A stretch of 64,000 nt of DNA from Chitinophagales bacterium (GTDB lineage: Bacteria; Bacteroidota; Bacteroidia; Chitinophagales; JADIYW01), in assembly GCA_017984135.1 (NCBI GenBank), contig JAGNZZ010000001.1, positions 185,832 through 249,831 of the forward strand. The letters are read 5' to 3'. Under the pieces are notes generated by a model. The model saw only the letters and a program-made list of their open reading frames with translations. It was not told where the DNA came from and did not search any database. Every line of letters starts with the position of its first letter. The first letter of the stretch is position 1. A program made the translations under genes and the position numbers. Shown piece after piece: positions 19,752-29,240 of this stretch.

Positions 19752-21875
19752 TTATGCTTCTTTAGGAAGTAACGCTTTTTTGCTTAATTTAAATTTACCA
19801 GTTTTAGTGTCAATTTCTAACAATTTTACGCTAACAATATCACCTTCTTTAAAAATTCCTTCTAAGTTTTCTAATCGATTATGTGAAATTTCAGAAATAT
19901 GTAATAAACCTTGTTTGCCAGGCATAAATTCAACAAATGCTCCGTAAGGCATGATTGATTTTACTTCCGCATCATATACTTGACCGATTTCAGGAACGGC
20001 AACAATGGCATTAATTCGTTTCCATGCTGCTTGCATGTTCTCTTTATTGTTTGATAAAACAGTTACAATACCAATTCCTTTTTCTTTATTTTCTTCAATA
20101 GTGATGGTTGTACTTGTTTTTTCTTGTATATCTTGGATAATTTTTCCACCAGGTCCAATTACAGCTCCAATAAATTCTTTAGGTATATTAATACTTTCAG
20201 CACGAGGTGTATGTGGTTTTAAATCAGAACGATATGCTGGAATGCAAGCTTCCATTGCATTTAAGATATGTAATCTTCCTTTTCTAGCTTGTTCCAATGC
20301 TTCCGCTAAAACTTCATAAGAAAGTCCATCTACTTTTAAGTCCATTTGAACACCACAAATACCATCTTTTGTTCCTGTTACTTTGAAATCCATGTCACCC
20401 AAATGATCTTCATCACCTAAAATATCGGATAAGATTGCATATTTTCCATCTTCAGCAATCATTCCCATGGCAATACCTGAAACGTGTTTTTTAAATGGAA
20501 TTCCAGCATCCATCAACGCTAAAGAACCGGCACAAACTGTTGCCATAGAAGATGAACCATTCGATTCTAAAATATCAGATACCACTCGAATCGTATATGG
20601 GTTTTCTTCTTCAGAAGGAAGTATTTGCTTTAATGAACGCATTGCCAAGTTACCATGTCCCACTTCACGACGCGAAGTTCCACGAAGCATTTTTACTTCA
20701 CCAGTAGAAAATGGAGGAAAGTTATAATGAAGAATAAATTTATTAAAAGTTAATTCTTCTGCTTTGTCTATCATTTGTTCATCGGTTTTAGAACCCAATG
20801 TAACTGTGGTTAAAGATTGAGTTTCACCTCTTGTAAATAAAGCAGAACCATGTGTAGAAGGTAATACATCTACTTCCATAGATAAAGGACGAATTTCATC
20901 GGTTTTTCTACCATCTAAACGAATTTTTTCATCTAAAACAACATTTCTAATGGTTGTTTTTTCCAATTTACTATAATATTTAGAGAAAAGCTCTTTGTTG
21001 AATGAATCTAATTCATCTTCAGGAATTGCGGCAATGTAATCTTCTTTAATTTGCTTTAAGGCTCCTTTTCTTTCATGTTTTCCAGATGCAGCTTTTGCTA
21101 TTTCTTGAATTCTTTTTTCTGCAAAATCCTTTAATTTTTGTTTTAATGCCTCATCTTCAATTGGTTCTGAAACAATCATTTTAGTTTTGCCACATTTTTG
21201 TTGTAATTCAACTTGTGCTTGGCATTGTTTGATGATAATTTCATGTCCTACTTTAATGGCATTTATTAAATCTGCTTCACTGGTTTCTTTAGCTTCACCT
21301 TCCACCATCAAAATATTATCTATTGTTCCTGCAAGTATAATATTTAAAGATGCATTTTCTGCTTCTTTAAAAGAAGGATTAACAACAAAATTTTCGCCTA
21401 TTTTTGTTACTCTTACCTCAGAAATCGGTCCTTCAAAAGGAATGGAAGATATACTTAGAGCAGCAGATGCTGCTAAACCAACTAATGAATCAGGTTGTAC
21501 GTTTTCATCCGAAGAAATTAAATAAATTAAAACTTGTGTATCGTTTACAAAGTTTTTTGCAAACATTGGTCGTATTGCTCTATCTACCAAACGGCAAATA
21601 AGCACTTCATAATCACTTGCTCTGCCTTCTCTACGGTGGAAACTTCCTGGAATCCTGCCTGCAGCTGCAAATTTTTCTTGGTATTCAACTGTTAACGGGA
21701 AAAAATCAATACCTGCTTTCGGTTCTTCTGCTGCAACAGCTGTTGCTAAAATCATACAGTTTCCAGAACGAACTACTACGGAACCATCTGCTTGACGAGC
21801 TAATTTTCCTGTCTCTATAGTGGCAGTTTTGCCATTTCCTATATCTACTGTTTGAGTATGTATATTGAATTGCAT
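19752..21875 (-). CDS. pnp: Polyribonucleotide nucleotidyltransferase (PNPase)
   Basis: 707-aa ORF with two RNase PH domains, a KH domain (GAVIGPGGKIIQDI) and a C-terminal S1 domain (GAFVEF...GLLHISE). Confidence 0.97.
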   Translation of the reverse strand: MQFNIHTQTVDIGNGKTATIETGKLARQADGSVVVRSGNCMILATAVAAEEPKAGIDFFPLTVEYQEKFAAAGRIPGSFHRREGRASDYEVLICRLVDRAIRPMFAKNFVNDTQVLIYLISSDENVQPDSLVGLAASAALSISSIPFEGPISEVRVTKIGENFVVNPSFKEAENASLNIILAGTIDNILMVEGEAKETSEADLINAIKVGHEIIIKQCQAQVELQQKCGKTKMIVSEPIEDEALKQKLKDFAEKRIQEIAKAASGKHERKGALKQIKEDYIAAIPEDELDSFNKELFSKYYSKLEKTTIRNVVLDEKIRLDGRKTDEIRPLSMEVDVLPSTHGSALFTRGETQSLTTVTLGSKTDEQMIDKAEELTFNKFILHYNFPPFSTGEVKMLRGTSRREVGHGNLAMRSLKQILPSEEENPYTIRVVSDILESNGSSSMATVCAGSLALMDAGIPFKKHVSGIAMGMIAEDGKYAILSDILGDEDHLGDMDFKVTGTKDGICGVQMDLKVDGLSYEVLAEALEQARKGRLHILNAMEACIPAYRSDLKPHTPRAESINIPKEFIGAVIGPGGKIIQDIQEKTSTTITIEENKEKGIGIVTVLSNNKENMQAAWKRINAIVAVPEIGQVYDAEVKSIMPYGAFVEFMPGKQGLLHISEISHNRLENLEGIFKEGDIVSVKLLEIDTKTGKFKLSKKALLPKEA

Positions 21876-21901
21876 TTTTAAAAATTTAATAGGTATAAAA
21901 T

Positions 21902-21924
21902 AAAAAGCGAGGCTATAGCCTCGC
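21902..21924 (-). terminator. Hairpin / partial terminator between rpsO and pnp
   Basis: Palindrome GCGAGGCTATAGCCTCGC, followed on the minus strand by TTTTT. This is the classical position of the rpsO-pnp attenuating/processing hairpin. Confidence 0.7.
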
Positions 21925-21938
21925 TAAATTTAATCGGT

Positions 21939-22202
21939 TTATTTACGTAATCCGAGTTTTTCGATTAATGCTCTATATTGAACAACATCTTTATTGGCCA
22001 AATATTTTAATAATCTTTTTCTTTGACCTACTAATTTATACAAAGAGCGTGTAGAAGAGAAGTCTTTTCTATTTGTTTTCAAATGATTTGAAATGTGGTT
22101 GATTCTATGAGAAATCAATGCCACTTGTGATTCAACAGAACCTGTGTTGGTTTCAGAACCACCAAATTCTTTAAAAATGTCTTGTTTTTGTGTTGTTGTC
22201 AT
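21939..22202 (-). CDS. rpsO: 30S ribosomal protein S15
   Basis: 87-aa ORF with GSVESQVALISHRINHISNHLK...HSTRSL..LVGQRKRLLKYL, typical of S15. Directly upstream of pnp. Confidence 0.96.
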   Translation of the reverse strand: MTTTQKQDIFKEFGGSETNTGSVESQVALISHRINHISNHLKTNRKDFSSTRSLYKLVGQRKRLLKYLANKDVVQYRALIEKLGLRK

Positions 22203-22249
22203 CTTATTTTTCGTCTAAATTGTTTATTCAGATATTTATTTTCGGAATG

Positions 22250-22257
22250 CAAAGATA
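22250..22257 (-). promoter_or_regulatory. Candidate -7 box TATCTTTG (minus strand) upstream of rpsO
   Basis: Plus strand CAAAGATA, 47 nt upstream of the rpsO start codon. Confidence 0.45.
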
Positions 22258-22449
22258 CGTTTTTTAAATGTTACTACAAAATTATTATTAACCTTTTGTG
22301 GATTACTCAACATAATCCAATTTTTGGGCATTAAATGCTATCTTTTTAGGTGTAAAAATCTCATTTTAAGGTTACTAAAATGTTTATTCTAAAATGAACT
22401 GAAATTCCATTTAAAAAATAGGTAAATTCGTGGATTAAATTATTAATGA

Positions 22450-22782
22450 ATGAATTTATTATTTTTATTACAATCAACAAGTGCATCCGGAAGTGGCATG
22501 TCCACCATTATTATGATGGTTTTGATGTTTGCCGTTTTTTATTTCTTTTTAATTAGACCTCAATCTAAAAAAGCAAAAGAAGCACAACAATTTATTGATA
22601 CATTAAAAGCAGGAGATAAGGTTATTACTGTTTCCGGTATCCATGGTAAAATTGTATCTGTAAATGAAGAAGATAAAACATTTTTAATACAAGTGGATGG
22701 TCCAACCAGATTAAAAATGGAAAAATCTGCGATTAATTCTGAATTATCAAAAACGTTGAATGCAACGACAGCAGCTGTTTAA
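22450..22782 (+). CDS. yajC: Preprotein translocase subunit YajC
   Basis: 110-aa ORF with a single TM helix followed by FYFFLIRPQSKKAKE...LKAGDKVITVSGIHGKIVSV, typical of YajC. Confidence 0.88.
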   Translation: MNLLFLLQSTSASGSGMSTIIMMVLMFAVFYFFLIRPQSKKAKEAQQFIDTLKAGDKVITVSGIHGKIVSVNEEDKTFLIQVDGPTRLKMEKSAINSELSKTLNATTAAV

Positions 22783-22825
22783 TTCAATTTATTTTTTTCA
22801 TTTTAAATTTCTTTAATTCTGACGT

Positions 22826-23425
22826 ATGTTGAAAGTTGGAATAACCGGTGGAATTGGCAGTGGTAAAACGACCGTTTGCCAACTATTTTCTACATTGGGA
22901 ATTCCTGTATATTATGCAGATATGCGCGCCAAAGAATTGATGGTAGAAGACATTCAATTAAAAACGTCCATAAAGCTTTTAGTTGGAAGCGAAGCATATT
23001 TTTCAGATGGTCGTTTAAATAGAAAATTTATTGCTGAAAAGGTTTTTCAACAAAACGATTTATTGCTACAATTAAATGCATTGGTACATCCTGCAGTATT
23101 TTTAGATACACAACAATGGTACCATTTACATCGAGATAAAACATATACATTATACGAAACCGCTATTCTGTTTGAAAGTGGTAGTTATCAGTTATTAGAT
23201 AAAATTATTACTGTTTATTCACCAATTGATCTTCGAATGGAACGAACTATGCTGCGAGATGGAATTAGTGAGGCAGAAGTAATGGATAGAATAAAAAAAC
23301 AATTACCAGAAGAAGATAAAATGAAACGTGCTGATTTTATTATTTATAATGATTTAACAAAGTCATTGATAGAACAAGTATTGGCCATTCATCAACAATT
23401 AATTACACTTGACAAAACTATTTAA
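22826..23425 (+). CDS. coaE: Dephospho-CoA kinase
   Basis: 199-aa ORF with the GITGGIGSGKTTV P-loop at the N-terminus and overall CoaE layout. Confidence 0.9.
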   Translation: MLKVGITGGIGSGKTTVCQLFSTLGIPVYYADMRAKELMVEDIQLKTSIKLLVGSEAYFSDGRLNRKFIAEKVFQQNDLLLQLNALVHPAVFLDTQQWYHLHRDKTYTLYETAILFESGSYQLLDKIITVYSPIDLRMERTMLRDGISEAEVMDRIKKQLPEEDKMKRADFIIYNDLTKSLIEQVLAIHQQLITLDKTI

Positions 23426-23475
23426 GGTTGATTTTGTTAGCAAATATGTATTTTAAAAACTCAAAATAAATTAAA

Positions 23476-24408
23476 ATGATAGAAACTGTAAATTGTTTAA
23501 TTATTGGTGCCGGTCCTGCCGGATATACTGCTGCAATTTATGCCGCTCGAGCAAATTTAAAACCTGTTTTATATACAGGAATTGAACCTGGTGGACAACT
23601 AATGACGACTACTGATGTAGAAAACTATCCTGGATATCCGGATGCAGTTACGGGACCAAAAATGATGGATGACTTTCAAAAACAAGCTGAACGCGTGGGT
23701 GCTGATATTCGTTTTGGTGAAGTTACCAAAGTTGATTTTTCTGAAAAAATACATAAAGTTTGGATTGATGAAGAAACTGAAATCCATGCCAAATCTGTTA
23801 TTATTGCTACTGGTGCAAAAGCAAAATGGTTAGGATTACCATCGGAGCAACGATTAAATGGCAGTGGCGTTTCTGCGTGTGCCGTGTGTGATGGTTTTTT
23901 ATTCAGAGAAAAGGTAGTAGCCATTGTAGGTGCAGGCGATACTGCTTGTGAAGAAGCATTGTATTTGTCAAACCTTTGTCCTAAAGTACACATGATTGTA
24001 CGCAGTGATAAAATGCGTGCCTCGAAAATTATGCAAGATAGAGTAGTGGCAAAGGAAAATATTGATATTTATTGGAATACGGAAACACTTGAAGTTTTAG
24101 GTGAGCATAAAGTGGAAGCTATAAAAATAAAAGACAATCAAACACAAGAAATTTCTGAAATTAAAGTAGAAGGTTTTTTCGTGGCAATTGGACATAAACC
24201 TAATTCAGACATTTTTAAAAATTGGTTGGAAATGGATGATGCTGGTTATTTAATTACAGTTTCCGGATCAAGTAAGACTAAAATAGCTGGTGTTTTTGCT
24301 GCTGGCGATGTGCAAGATAAAGTATATAGACAAGCTGTTACATCTGCCGGAACCGGCTGTATGGCAGCCTTGGATGCGGAACGATATTTAGCAGAACATT
24401 TTCATTGA
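23476..24408 (+). CDS. trxB: Thioredoxin-disulfide reductase
   Basis: 310-aa ORF with GAGPAGYTAAIYAAR, the redox-active CAVCDG, GAGDTACEEALYL and GVFAAGDV. Confidence 0.96.
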   Translation: MIETVNCLIIGAGPAGYTAAIYAARANLKPVLYTGIEPGGQLMTTTDVENYPGYPDAVTGPKMMDDFQKQAERVGADIRFGEVTKVDFSEKIHKVWIDEETEIHAKSVIIATGAKAKWLGLPSEQRLNGSGVSACAVCDGFLFREKVVAIVGAGDTACEEALYLSNLCPKVHMIVRSDKMRASKIMQDRVVAKENIDIYWNTETLEVLGEHKVEAIKIKDNQTQEISEIKVEGFFVAIGHKPNSDIFKNWLEMDDAGYLITVSGSSKTKIAGVFAAGDVQDKVYRQAVTSAGTGCMAALDAERYLAEHFH

Positions 24409-24426
24409 TATAAAATAAATTAAAAT

Positions 24427-24454
24427 AAAACGGAGTTCGATTGAACTCCGTTTT
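24427..24454. terminator. Intrinsic terminator after trxB (bidirectional shape)
   Basis: Stem AAAACGGAGTTC / GAACTCCGTTTT with loop GATT. The A-run and T-run flanks are part of the stem. Confidence 0.8.
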
Positions 24455-24577
24455 CCATTTATTTATTACCCGAACATGACTTTATGGTTTTTGATGTCAT
24501 GCTTCATAAAGTTAAGTGTCATTTTTTTTAAAAAGATGGTGGTTTGAAGGTATTTTTACTACGTAGTGGTACGGATA

Positions 24578-25222
24578 CTAAATTAACTTTTTATCCATAG
24601 CATATTTTATTAAGCCAACAATTGTTTTAGTATTAAACTTACGAATCATATTTTTTCGATGCGTTTCTACCGTTCGTTCGCTAATGAATAAGGTATCAGC
24701 AATTTCTGCATTGCTAAATTCTTGAACAATTAACTTTAGGATTTCTAATTCACGTTCAGTGAGTTTTGCTTGTTCAATTTCTTTTATAGGTTTGTCGTTT
24801 TTATATTTTACCATTTCTTCCGTAACATCATCACTAAAATGCATTTTTCCATTTGATACTTTTTGAATGGCATTGATGAGTTCTTTATTTCCAACATTTT
24901 TAAGTACGTAACCAGCAATTCCGGCATCAATCATTTTATTAATATCATTGATATTATTAGACATTGAAAGTGCAATAACATGTATAGATTTATTTTTTTG
25001 TTTTATGTTTTTTGTCAATTCATATCCATCTATTTGTGGCATACTAATATCCGAAAGTACAATGTCCGGTTGCAGGTTATCAATTTCATTTAGAAAATCA
25101 TTACCATTCGTATATGTTTTTAAAATTTTAAGATCCGGATTAGTAGATAAAATTGCCACTAATCCATCAATCATCATTTGATGATCATCGATAATAATAA
25201 TGTTTATTTTTTTTGTATTCAT
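24578..25222 (-). CDS. Response regulator, NarL/FixJ (LuxR-type HTH) family
   Basis: 214-aa ORF with a receiver domain (IIDDH..., DIVLSDISMP) and a C-terminal LTERELEILKLIVQEFSNAEIADTLFISERTVETHR HTH. Confidence 0.92.
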   Translation of the reverse strand: MNTKKINIIIIDDHQMMIDGLVAILSTNPDLKILKTYTNGNDFLNEIDNLQPDIVLSDISMPQIDGYELTKNIKQKNKSIHVIALSMSNNINDINKMIDAGIAGYVLKNVGNKELINAIQKVSNGKMHFSDDVTEEMVKYKNDKPIKEIEQAKLTERELEILKLIVQEFSNAEIADTLFISERTVETHRKNMIRKFNTKTIVGLIKYAMDKKLI

Positions 25223-25225
25223 TTT

Positions 25226-27097
25226 TTAAGTTAATGGAATTTCAATAAATATGGTGGTTCCGTTATTAATAGAAGATTCAATATCTATTTTGCCTTTTAA
25301 AAATTCAGTTCTTAATTGCATATTTTTAAATCCGATACCACTGTTAGTATTTATATTTTTTATATCAAAACCTTTGCCATTATCTTGTACCATAAGAGAA
25401 ATTTCTCTTTCATCAGCAGAAAGTTGGATCATGACCTCATTGGCGTGTGCGTATTTTATGGTATTATTTACGGATTCTTGAATAATTCGATACATCATTA
25501 ATTTTTCAGTATTATTCAACGAAGATTCTTCAAAACCATTGCATTCAAATTGGACGTTTAGTTGATTGGTTTGGTTTATTTTTTGAACAAATTTGTCAAT
25601 GGCACTTATTAATCCATATTTTAATAGAACATCCGGCAATAAATTGTGTGAAATATTTCTGATTTCTTTAATAGATTCATCTAAAACAGTTAAAGATTGG
25701 AGAATTTTTAAGTTGGAAGTATTGGAATAAACAGCGCTTAAATTTAGTTTAGTGGCTGATAATAATTGTCCAACACCATCATGTAATTCTCGAGCAATTC
25801 GTTGTCTTTCGTTTTCTTCCGATTCTAAAATAGCTAAAGTTCTTTTTTCTTCTTCTTTAAAAAGTTCAATTTGAAGTTTCTTATCTTGTTTTAATTTATA
25901 TCTATTTATTAGTAAAACATACGTAAAAATGGATAAGATAAAAATAACAAACAGTGTACCGATTAAAATATTTCTTCTACTAATTTTTAAATTTTGCTGA
26001 ATTATTTGTTGTTGTTTTTTTTCCATTTCATATAAAGTTCGTAACTCAACAATTTTGTTTTCTGTTTTTTCATTTATAATACTGTCTTTTATAGAAATAC
26101 TGTTCAGCAAAGCTTGATATGCTAATTCTGGTTGATGGATAGATGAATATAAAGTGGCTAATAATTGGTATGCATTTTTTACACCTAACTTATAATCCGC
26201 AGCTTTACAATTTTCAATACTTTTAAGATAATATTTAATGGCATTATCTGTTTCTTTTTTTGCTTCATAAACTGCGCCTAAATTACAATAGGAATCGCCT
26301 AGTTGTTTTTTATTATTAAAAATGGAATCAATGGAAATTGCCTTCGAATGATACTCTATGGACTTGTCAAATTCGTTAGAATAATAATAACAATTAGACA
26401 TATTATCATAAAACATGGACTTACTGTATTGTGCATTCAACTGATTACATAAAACCAAACCAATACTATCCATTTTTAAAGCATCTGAATATTTTGCTTG
26501 CATGCCATAAATATTTGCCATGTTGTGATATATGGATAACTGGCTAGTGTTGGGCTTTTGGGTTGTAATCATATCAAATGATTTTTTTGCATACTCTTCT
26601 GCTAAAGCTAATTGATACTTGGATTGATAAACCATTGAAATACTATTATAGCTGGAAGCAATCTCATTTTTATAATTAAGTTGTTCGTAAATTTTCAAGG
26701 CATCTAAAAAATATTGCATTGCTTTTCCATAATCACTTATTTGCCAATAACTTGATCCCATTAATGCATAGGAACGAGCAATTAAACTATCATTATTCTC
26801 ATTTTCAAATACTTCTAAAGCAAGTTCTATTTCTTTTATTGCAATTGAATAATTTCCTTTCAATTGCTCTATGATTCCATGATTTAATTTTGAAATAGAA
26901 ATACCTAATGCATAATTATTTTTCTCTGAAACTAAATTTAAAGAATCAATATATAATTCGGCCTTTTGAATATCTACTTTTTGATAAGAAATAAATTGTC
27001 GATTAAAATAATCAACCTGCTGATGAAGTTCGTTAACAGGTATAGGTGCTTGTTTGCAACTTACCATGAATAAAAAACAAAGAAAAAAAAATCGCAT
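25226..27097 (-). CDS. TPR-repeat sensor histidine kinase (HisKA_3 / HATPase_c)
   Basis: 623-aa ORF with a signal peptide, multiple TPR-like repeats and one TM. H-box ERQRIARELHDGVGQ, N box QESVNNTIKYAHA, G1 QDNGKGF, G2 GIGFKNM. Sits 3 nt upstream of the response regulator. Confidence 0.9.
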   Translation of the reverse strand: MRFFFLCFLFMVSCKQAPIPVNELHQQVDYFNRQFISYQKVDIQKAELYIDSLNLVSEKNNYALGISISKLNHGIIEQLKGNYSIAIKEIELALEVFENENNDSLIARSYALMGSSYWQISDYGKAMQYFLDALKIYEQLNYKNEIASSYNSISMVYQSKYQLALAEEYAKKSFDMITTQKPNTSQLSIYHNMANIYGMQAKYSDALKMDSIGLVLCNQLNAQYSKSMFYDNMSNCYYYSNEFDKSIEYHSKAISIDSIFNNKKQLGDSYCNLGAVYEAKKETDNAIKYYLKSIENCKAADYKLGVKNAYQLLATLYSSIHQPELAYQALLNSISIKDSIINEKTENKIVELRTLYEMEKKQQQIIQQNLKISRRNILIGTLFVIFILSIFTYVLLINRYKLKQDKKLQIELFKEEEKRTLAILESEENERQRIARELHDGVGQLLSATKLNLSAVYSNTSNLKILQSLTVLDESIKEIRNISHNLLPDVLLKYGLISAIDKFVQKINQTNQLNVQFECNGFEESSLNNTEKLMMYRIIQESVNNTIKYAHANEVMIQLSADEREISLMVQDNGKGFDIKNINTNSGIGFKNMQLRTEFLKGKIDIESSINNGTTIFIEIPLT

Positions 27098-27223
27098 TCT
27101 TAAATGATAATATAAATAGACTTAGTTTCATACAATTATACATAAACTATTTCAATTATCTATTAACATTTTTTATCAATAATTTATTACTTGATATATT
27201 GCAATTTGGAATAATTTTAGCTT

Positions 27224-27231
27224 TATATTTG
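27224..27231 (+). promoter_or_regulatory. Candidate -7 box TATATTTG
   Basis: Matches TAnnTTTG, 10 nt before the ATG at 27242. Confidence 0.4.
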
Positions 27232-27241
27232 AGGTAATAAA

Positions 27242-27889
27242 ATGAAAAAAAGTTTTTGTATTATCATATTGCTATTAAGCATGATTCCTTTTTCAGGAGC
27301 ACAATCTGAAAATGATAATATTGTTTTACCGCAAACCGTCATAGATGGCGATACGTTACCTGAAATTATATTTGAACCAATTTTAGTGACTGATTCTAAA
27401 TTAGAAAAAGTTAATTTAGAAGAATGGCAAATGCGATATATACGTAAAGTGTATCCGTATGCATTACGAACGGCTCGTCTCAATAAAAAAATACAGGAAG
27501 ATTTAATAAAATGCGATACTAAAAAAGAACGAAAACGTTATTTAAACGAATGTGAGAAAGTTTTGAGAGCAGAATTTGAAACCACCTTAAAAAATTTAAC
27601 CCGAAAACAAGGACAATATTTAATTTTATTAATTCACAGAGAAACCGGAATTACGGTATATGATTTATTGAAGGATTATCGAAGCAAATGGAAAGCATTT
27701 TGGTGGAATTTTGCTGGCAAGTTTTACGACTTAGAAATGAAAGCTGAATATGAGCCACAAGGCAAAGACAAAGAAACTGAAAATTATATACAAAGATTGC
27801 AGTATATTTACCATACTGATGGTACAAATTATTTAATCCAACATGAACAATTCCATACACCAATTCCAGGTCAAAAACGCTCAAAATAA
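27242..27889 (+). CDS. Secreted DUF4294-family protein
   Basis: 215-aa ORF with a signal peptide. VYPYALRTA and LTRKQGQYLILLIHRETGITVYDLLKDYR match my recollection of the DUF4294 signature (QG..L.KLI.ReTG). Confidence 0.55.
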   Translation: MKKSFCIIILLLSMIPFSGAQSENDNIVLPQTVIDGDTLPEIIFEPILVTDSKLEKVNLEEWQMRYIRKVYPYALRTARLNKKIQEDLIKCDTKKERKRYLNECEKVLRAEFETTLKNLTRKQGQYLILLIHRETGITVYDLLKDYRSKWKAFWWNFAGKFYDLEMKAEYEPQGKDKETENYIQRLQYIYHTDGTNYLIQHEQFHTPIPGQKRSK

Positions 27890-28340
27890 CGACGTTCAAT
27901 TGTCAGATTATAAAGGCAAAGTGATTTTAGTTGTTAATACAGCTTCTAAATGTGGCTTAACGCCTCAATTTGATAAATTAGAAAAACTCTATCAAGAATT
28001 TAAAAAGGATGATTTTATTATTTTAGGATTTCCGTCTAATGATTTTGCCGGTCAAGAGCCCAATTCATCTGAAAAAGCAGCAGAATTTTGTAAAATAAAT
28101 TATGGCGTTACTTTTCCAATTATGGAGAAAATTCATGTGAAAAAAGGAGAGAAGCAACATCCATTATTTACATTTTTAGGCAACACGTCTCCTGGTTTAA
28201 ATTTAGTATCACATCCTAAATGGAATTTCCAAAAATATTTAGTGGATAAAAATGGAAAAGTAGTGGATTATTTTATTCCAACAACAGAACCAGATTCCGA
28301 CAAAATTAAATCGGCAATTAACAAGTTACTGTCTAAATAG
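27843..28340 (+). CDS. Glutathione peroxidase family protein (Cys type)
   Basis: 165-aa ORF with VNTASKCGLTPQ (peroxidatic Cys), LGFPSNDFAGQEP and WNFQKYLV. Its only upstream Met start overlaps the preceding ORF by 47 nt. Confidence 0.9.
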   Translation: MNNSIHQFQVKNAQNNDVQLSDYKGKVILVVNTASKCGLTPQFDKLEKLYQEFKKDDFIILGFPSNDFAGQEPNSSEKAAEFCKINYGVTFPIMEKIHVKKGEKQHPLFTFLGNTSPGLNLVSHPKWNFQKYLVDKNGKVVDYFIPTTEPDSDKIKSAINKLLSK

Positions 28341-28386
28341 AAAACAAAGCTTTTTTCTTGTTTTTTATTATTCAATAGAAATCCGT

Positions 28387-28394
28387 TAATTTTG
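28387..28394 (+). promoter_or_regulatory. Candidate -7 box TAATTTTG, only 4 nt from the bshB1 ATG
   Basis: Matches TAnnTTTG. The ATG is at 28399. Confidence 0.4.
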
Positions 28395-28398
28395 TACC

Positions 28399-29118
28399 AT
28401 GAATAAAATAGATATACTGGTATTTGCTGCACATCCAGATGATGCAGAACTTTCCTGTAGTGGCACCATACTGAAACATATACAATTAGGATATAAAGTA
28501 GGCATTATTGACTTAACACAAGGGGAATTAGGTTCTCGTGGCACCAAGGAAACTCGAAAAAAAGAATCAGCACATTCGAGCCAACTATTAGGTATTTCTA
28601 TACGTGAAAATCTTGATTTTAAAGATGGTTTCTTTGAAATCAATGAAGTTCATCTTTTAAAAGTAATAGAAATAATAAGAAAATACCAACCTGAACTAAT
28701 TTTGGCAAATGCCATTAACGATAGACATCCTGATCATAAACGTGGCGGCGACTTAGTATCCAGAGCTGCTTTTTTGAGTGGTTTACGAAAAATTGACACA
28801 ATATATAAAGGCAATTCGCAAACACCATGGCGACCCAAACAAGTATTTCGATATGTTCAAGAACAATATCAAAAACCAGATTTTATTGTAGATATTTCTG
28901 GATTTGAAGCACAAAAATTGGAGGCAATTAAAGCATTTTCCACTCAATTTTATGATCCAAATTCTACAGAACCAGAAACACCTATTTCAAAAAGTGATTA
29001 CTTGGAATTTGTCACTGCACGCATGAAACAATTTGGACAAGCCATTAATACAAAATATGGCGAAGGTTTTACTATAGAACGAACTTTTGGGATAGATGAT
29101 TTATTTCAATTGAAATAA
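28399..29118 (+). CDS. bshB1: Bacillithiol biosynthesis deacetylase BshB1 (LmbE/PIG-L family)
   Basis: 239-aa ORF with VFAAHPDDAELSCSGT, DLTQGELGSRGT and NDRHPDH motifs. The length and N-terminal half resemble Bacteroidota BshB1. Confidence 0.8.
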   Translation: MNKIDILVFAAHPDDAELSCSGTILKHIQLGYKVGIIDLTQGELGSRGTKETRKKESAHSSQLLGISIRENLDFKDGFFEINEVHLLKVIEIIRKYQPELILANAINDRHPDHKRGGDLVSRAAFLSGLRKIDTIYKGNSQTPWRPKQVFRYVQEQYQKPDFIVDISGFEAQKLEAIKAFSTQFYDPNSTEPETPISKSDYLEFVTARMKQFGQAINTKYGEGFTIERTFGIDDLFQLK

Positions 29119-29240
29119 ATCTTTTTTTTAAGTTGCTGAAGATGAAGATTGGAAATAAGCATGAAAAATTTCACGTTAAAGCACAATACAATTCCAAATG
29201 TTGAATCTTACACTTTTACCCACGAATACTATTTAATGTT

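Noticed and set aside
28399-29118. The LmbE/PIG-L deacetylase as a fourth member of the neighbouring GT2/STELLO-like/GT39 pathway, by analogy with the deacetylation step of lipid A aminosugar systems.
   Set aside because: The sequence looks like bona fide BshB1 (bacillithiol pathway) along the N-terminal half. It is on the opposite strand, convergent with the GT operon and separated by 122 bp, so a functional link is unsupported.
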